Notes under the pieces: generated by a model | The model's database searches: none | What the model saw: the letters and a program-made list of their open reading frames with translations, nothing else | What the model was told of the DNA's origin: nothing | Made by a program: the position numbers and the translations under genes | Assembly: GCA_046290225.1 (NCBI GenBank) | Contig: JBKAGE010000035.1 | Location: 384,001 to 448,000, forward strand | DNA from: Bradymonadia bacterium | GTDB taxonomy: Bacteria > Myxococcota_A > Bradymonadia > UBA7976 > UBA1532 | Length of the DNA: 64,000 nt | Direction: 5' to 3' | In this document: piece after piece, positions 62,117 to 64,000 of the stretch | How the letters are laid out: every line of letters begins with the position of its first letter | Numbering within the stretch: position 1 is the stretch's first letter

Positions 62117-64000
62117 CTAAGGGCGACCCCAAATCTGAAATACTGACCTCACCTCGGGATCTTTACGTGCGAGGGTAGAGATCGCTTTACGAAAAGCCTT
62201 TCCTGGCTCGCTGAGGCCTCCGTGACCGTAGAAAAGTCGAGTAAATTCAGAGCTGAGTCGATCATCCACGTCTCTGCTGGTCGACACCACGGTGCGGGTG
62301 CCCGACGCCAGAAAAACTTCGGGCAGCCCGATCGACTCGTGTTGACTCAGCTCACCCTGAGCGCCTGTCCTGCACCCCGAGAGCACAGCCAGTCTGGCCC
62401 TGGGCTGGATCGAAATGAGCTCGGCCAGGGTGAGCTTCTCTTCACCTGAGAGCTTGAGGTTGATCTTCCAGGGCTGTCGCGAGAGCAGCGCGCCGTGACC
62501 TGCGAAGTGAAACAGAGTGGTGCGCCCCAAACTGCGCGCGATCTCACCCTTTGCCGTCTGATGATCCATGAGGTGGTGCTCGACCTTGAGCGCCTTGAGG
62601 TGATCCGACAGCCAGTGACCTTCTCTGCGGGCGAAGGGTAGATCCTGGTTTGGGTCCATCACGATGACTGGCTGACCAGTGAATTTGACGTCATCCAAGT
62701 TCGACAGTGTTGAGATGGACGGCAACAGACTGATCGAGTGCTCGGGGAACACCAGGTGGCCTCGAAAGGCTTCGTGTTTTCTGTTTGGCACGAAGAAATG
62801 GTGCCTTGCGGCGCCCTCGGTGACTTGTGCGCTGAGGGCGGCGAGCGTCGGCGCGTACTTCACCTGTGTTTTGTCGATGTAGTACGTCTCCCAGTCACGC
62901 CCATCTGGCTTGAAGAAGATGATCGCTTCACCCTCTTCGAGCGAGCTGACGTGATGATCGAAGTAGGACGCCAGCGTACGATCGACGCCTCGTTGGCCGG
63001 CCTCTGCATATTGTTTGTCGAGAGATGACAGCAGTTTGTCTATTCGGTCAGACTCCGCGCGCCTTCGCCGTTTGAGCGCGTCAGCTGACATCAAATCATT
63101 CGATGCCGTCTCTTGCTCCAGTAGAGCGTTAGAAGGTGTGTTTGCTTTGTTGACCGCGAGGTGGCTGATGATCCTGTTGCTGGACAAATCATACAGAGAG
63201 ATCGCCTCTTTCAGATGATCTGAGCTGATCAGCTGATCTGCAAAATGATGAATGAATCTAGATTGGTTGCTGTATATCAGGCTCTTGGAATGGCTGAAGT
63301 CGGCCTTCCTGGCCGAGTCATTCAGGTGCGCCCACGCTTCGTTCAACAGAGCGAGCGTCTCCTCTGGGCGAGAGAGGCCCTGATTGATCTCGGAGATCGT
63401 GCTCTTGGCGATGAAGTTGTAGTAGGTGTTCAGGCCATCAGGGCCATTCTGAGAGGCGTTGACGAGCTGAAACAGTAAGGCTGTTGATGCCTCCTCATGC
63501 CCGAAGTCTCTCATGATCATCGAGAGCGTCAGGATCGAGAAGAGCCTGTCATCCAAGGTTGTTTTGTCGTCATGAATCTGATCGATGATTTGCTCAATGG
63601 ACAGGAGATCACCCGTTGCCAGTCTGATTGAGCTGGATTCGGTCAGCATCAAGCTATAGGCCGAATCAAACCCATGCTTCATGGCAATGTTGAGTGCTGC
63701 GTTGTAGTCCTCTACCGATAAATCAAATAAAGACGAGCTTTGGTGTGCGACTGCAGCCTGGAAATATTCGTATCCTCGGGTCCGGTAGACTGTCATTTGC
63801 TCAACTGGGCTGAGAAATCCCAGGCTCGACTCGATGATCGAGCTGTACCCATCAATCGCACCCCAGCTCTCACCTATCATCGAATTGATCTTCGACATCG
63901 AATAGTTCGAGCTCAGGAAATACCGGAACATCCCGCTCATCGAAGCGATGCGTATGGACTCGAGGGTTTTTTCACCGGCGGAGATGATGTCTCCATCAAA
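62117..64000 (-). CDS. CHAT-domain (caspase-like) protease with helical/TPR-like N-terminus, 5'-truncated by window end
   Basis: DLPFARREG, FHFAGHG (His), VLSGCRTG (Cys), GLPEVFLASG, VDD, QIWG. Frame stays open to 64000. Confidence 0.88.
   Translation of the reverse strand, partial: FDGDIISAGEKTLESIRIASMSGMFRYFLSSNYSMSKINSMIGESWGAIDGYSSIIESSLGFLSPVEQMTVYRTRGYEYFQAAVAHQSSSLFDLSVEDYNAALNIAMKHGFDSAYSLMLTESSSIRLATGDLLSIEQIIDQIHDDKTTLDDRLFSILTLSMIMRDFGHEEASTALLFQLVNASQNGPDGLNTYYNFIAKSTISEINQGLSRPEETLALLNEAWAHLNDSARKADFSHSKSLIYSNQSRFIHHFADQLISSDHLKEAISLYDLSSNRIISHLAVNKANTPSNALLEQETASNDLMSADALKRRRRAESDRIDKLLSSLDKQYAEAGQRGVDRTLASYFDHHVSSLEEGEAIIFFKPDGRDWETYYIDKTQVKYAPTLAALSAQVTEGAARHHFFVPNRKHEAFRGHLVFPEHSISLLPSISTLSNLDDVKFTGQPVIVMDPNQDLPFARREGHWLSDHLKALKVEHHLMDHQTAKGEIARSLGRTTLFHFAGHGALLSRQPWKINLKLSGEEKLTLAELISIQPRARLAVLSGCRTGAQGELSQHESIGLPEVFLASGTRTVVSTSRDVDDRLSSEFTRLFYGHGGLSEPGKAFRKAISTLARKDPEVRSVFQIWGRP

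Overview
GC-rich bacterial chromosome segment spanning the replication origin. The split F1Fo operon, Cys/Gly-rich lipoproteins, Ser/Thr kinase and CHAT/ECF genes suggest a Myxococcota/deltaproteobacterium-like host (inference). Left arm, minus strand: rpmH-rnpA-yidD-yidC-jag-gyrB, then a DnaD-like gene plus a DnaC/DnaI-like ATPase, then atpF'-F-H-A-G-D (atpD truncated). Centre: dnaA, an inserted AraC gene, oriC (DnaA-box cluster with a Bacillus-like box-box-GC-trio unwinding module at about 16094-16130), then dnaN-recF-murA. Right arm: metK, uvrBC, cysS, rsmG-parA-parB with three parS sites, a type-2 valS, many accessory lipoproteins, and a CHAT protease/subtilase/anti-sigma/ECF sigma cluster cut by the window edge. 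Most interesting candidates: (1) a DnaD-like/DnaC-like helicase-loading module beside the origin, (2) the two-protease ECF cascade, (3) a ~530-bp GTAG-REP-like inverted-repeat element, (4) a soluble NarX-P-box mini-chemoreceptor coupled to an HPP transporter, (5) a 22-bp iteron-like array upstream of dnaA. No tRNA, rRNA, CRISPR array or transposase was recognised. All family assignments come from motif recognition by eye, with no database searches.
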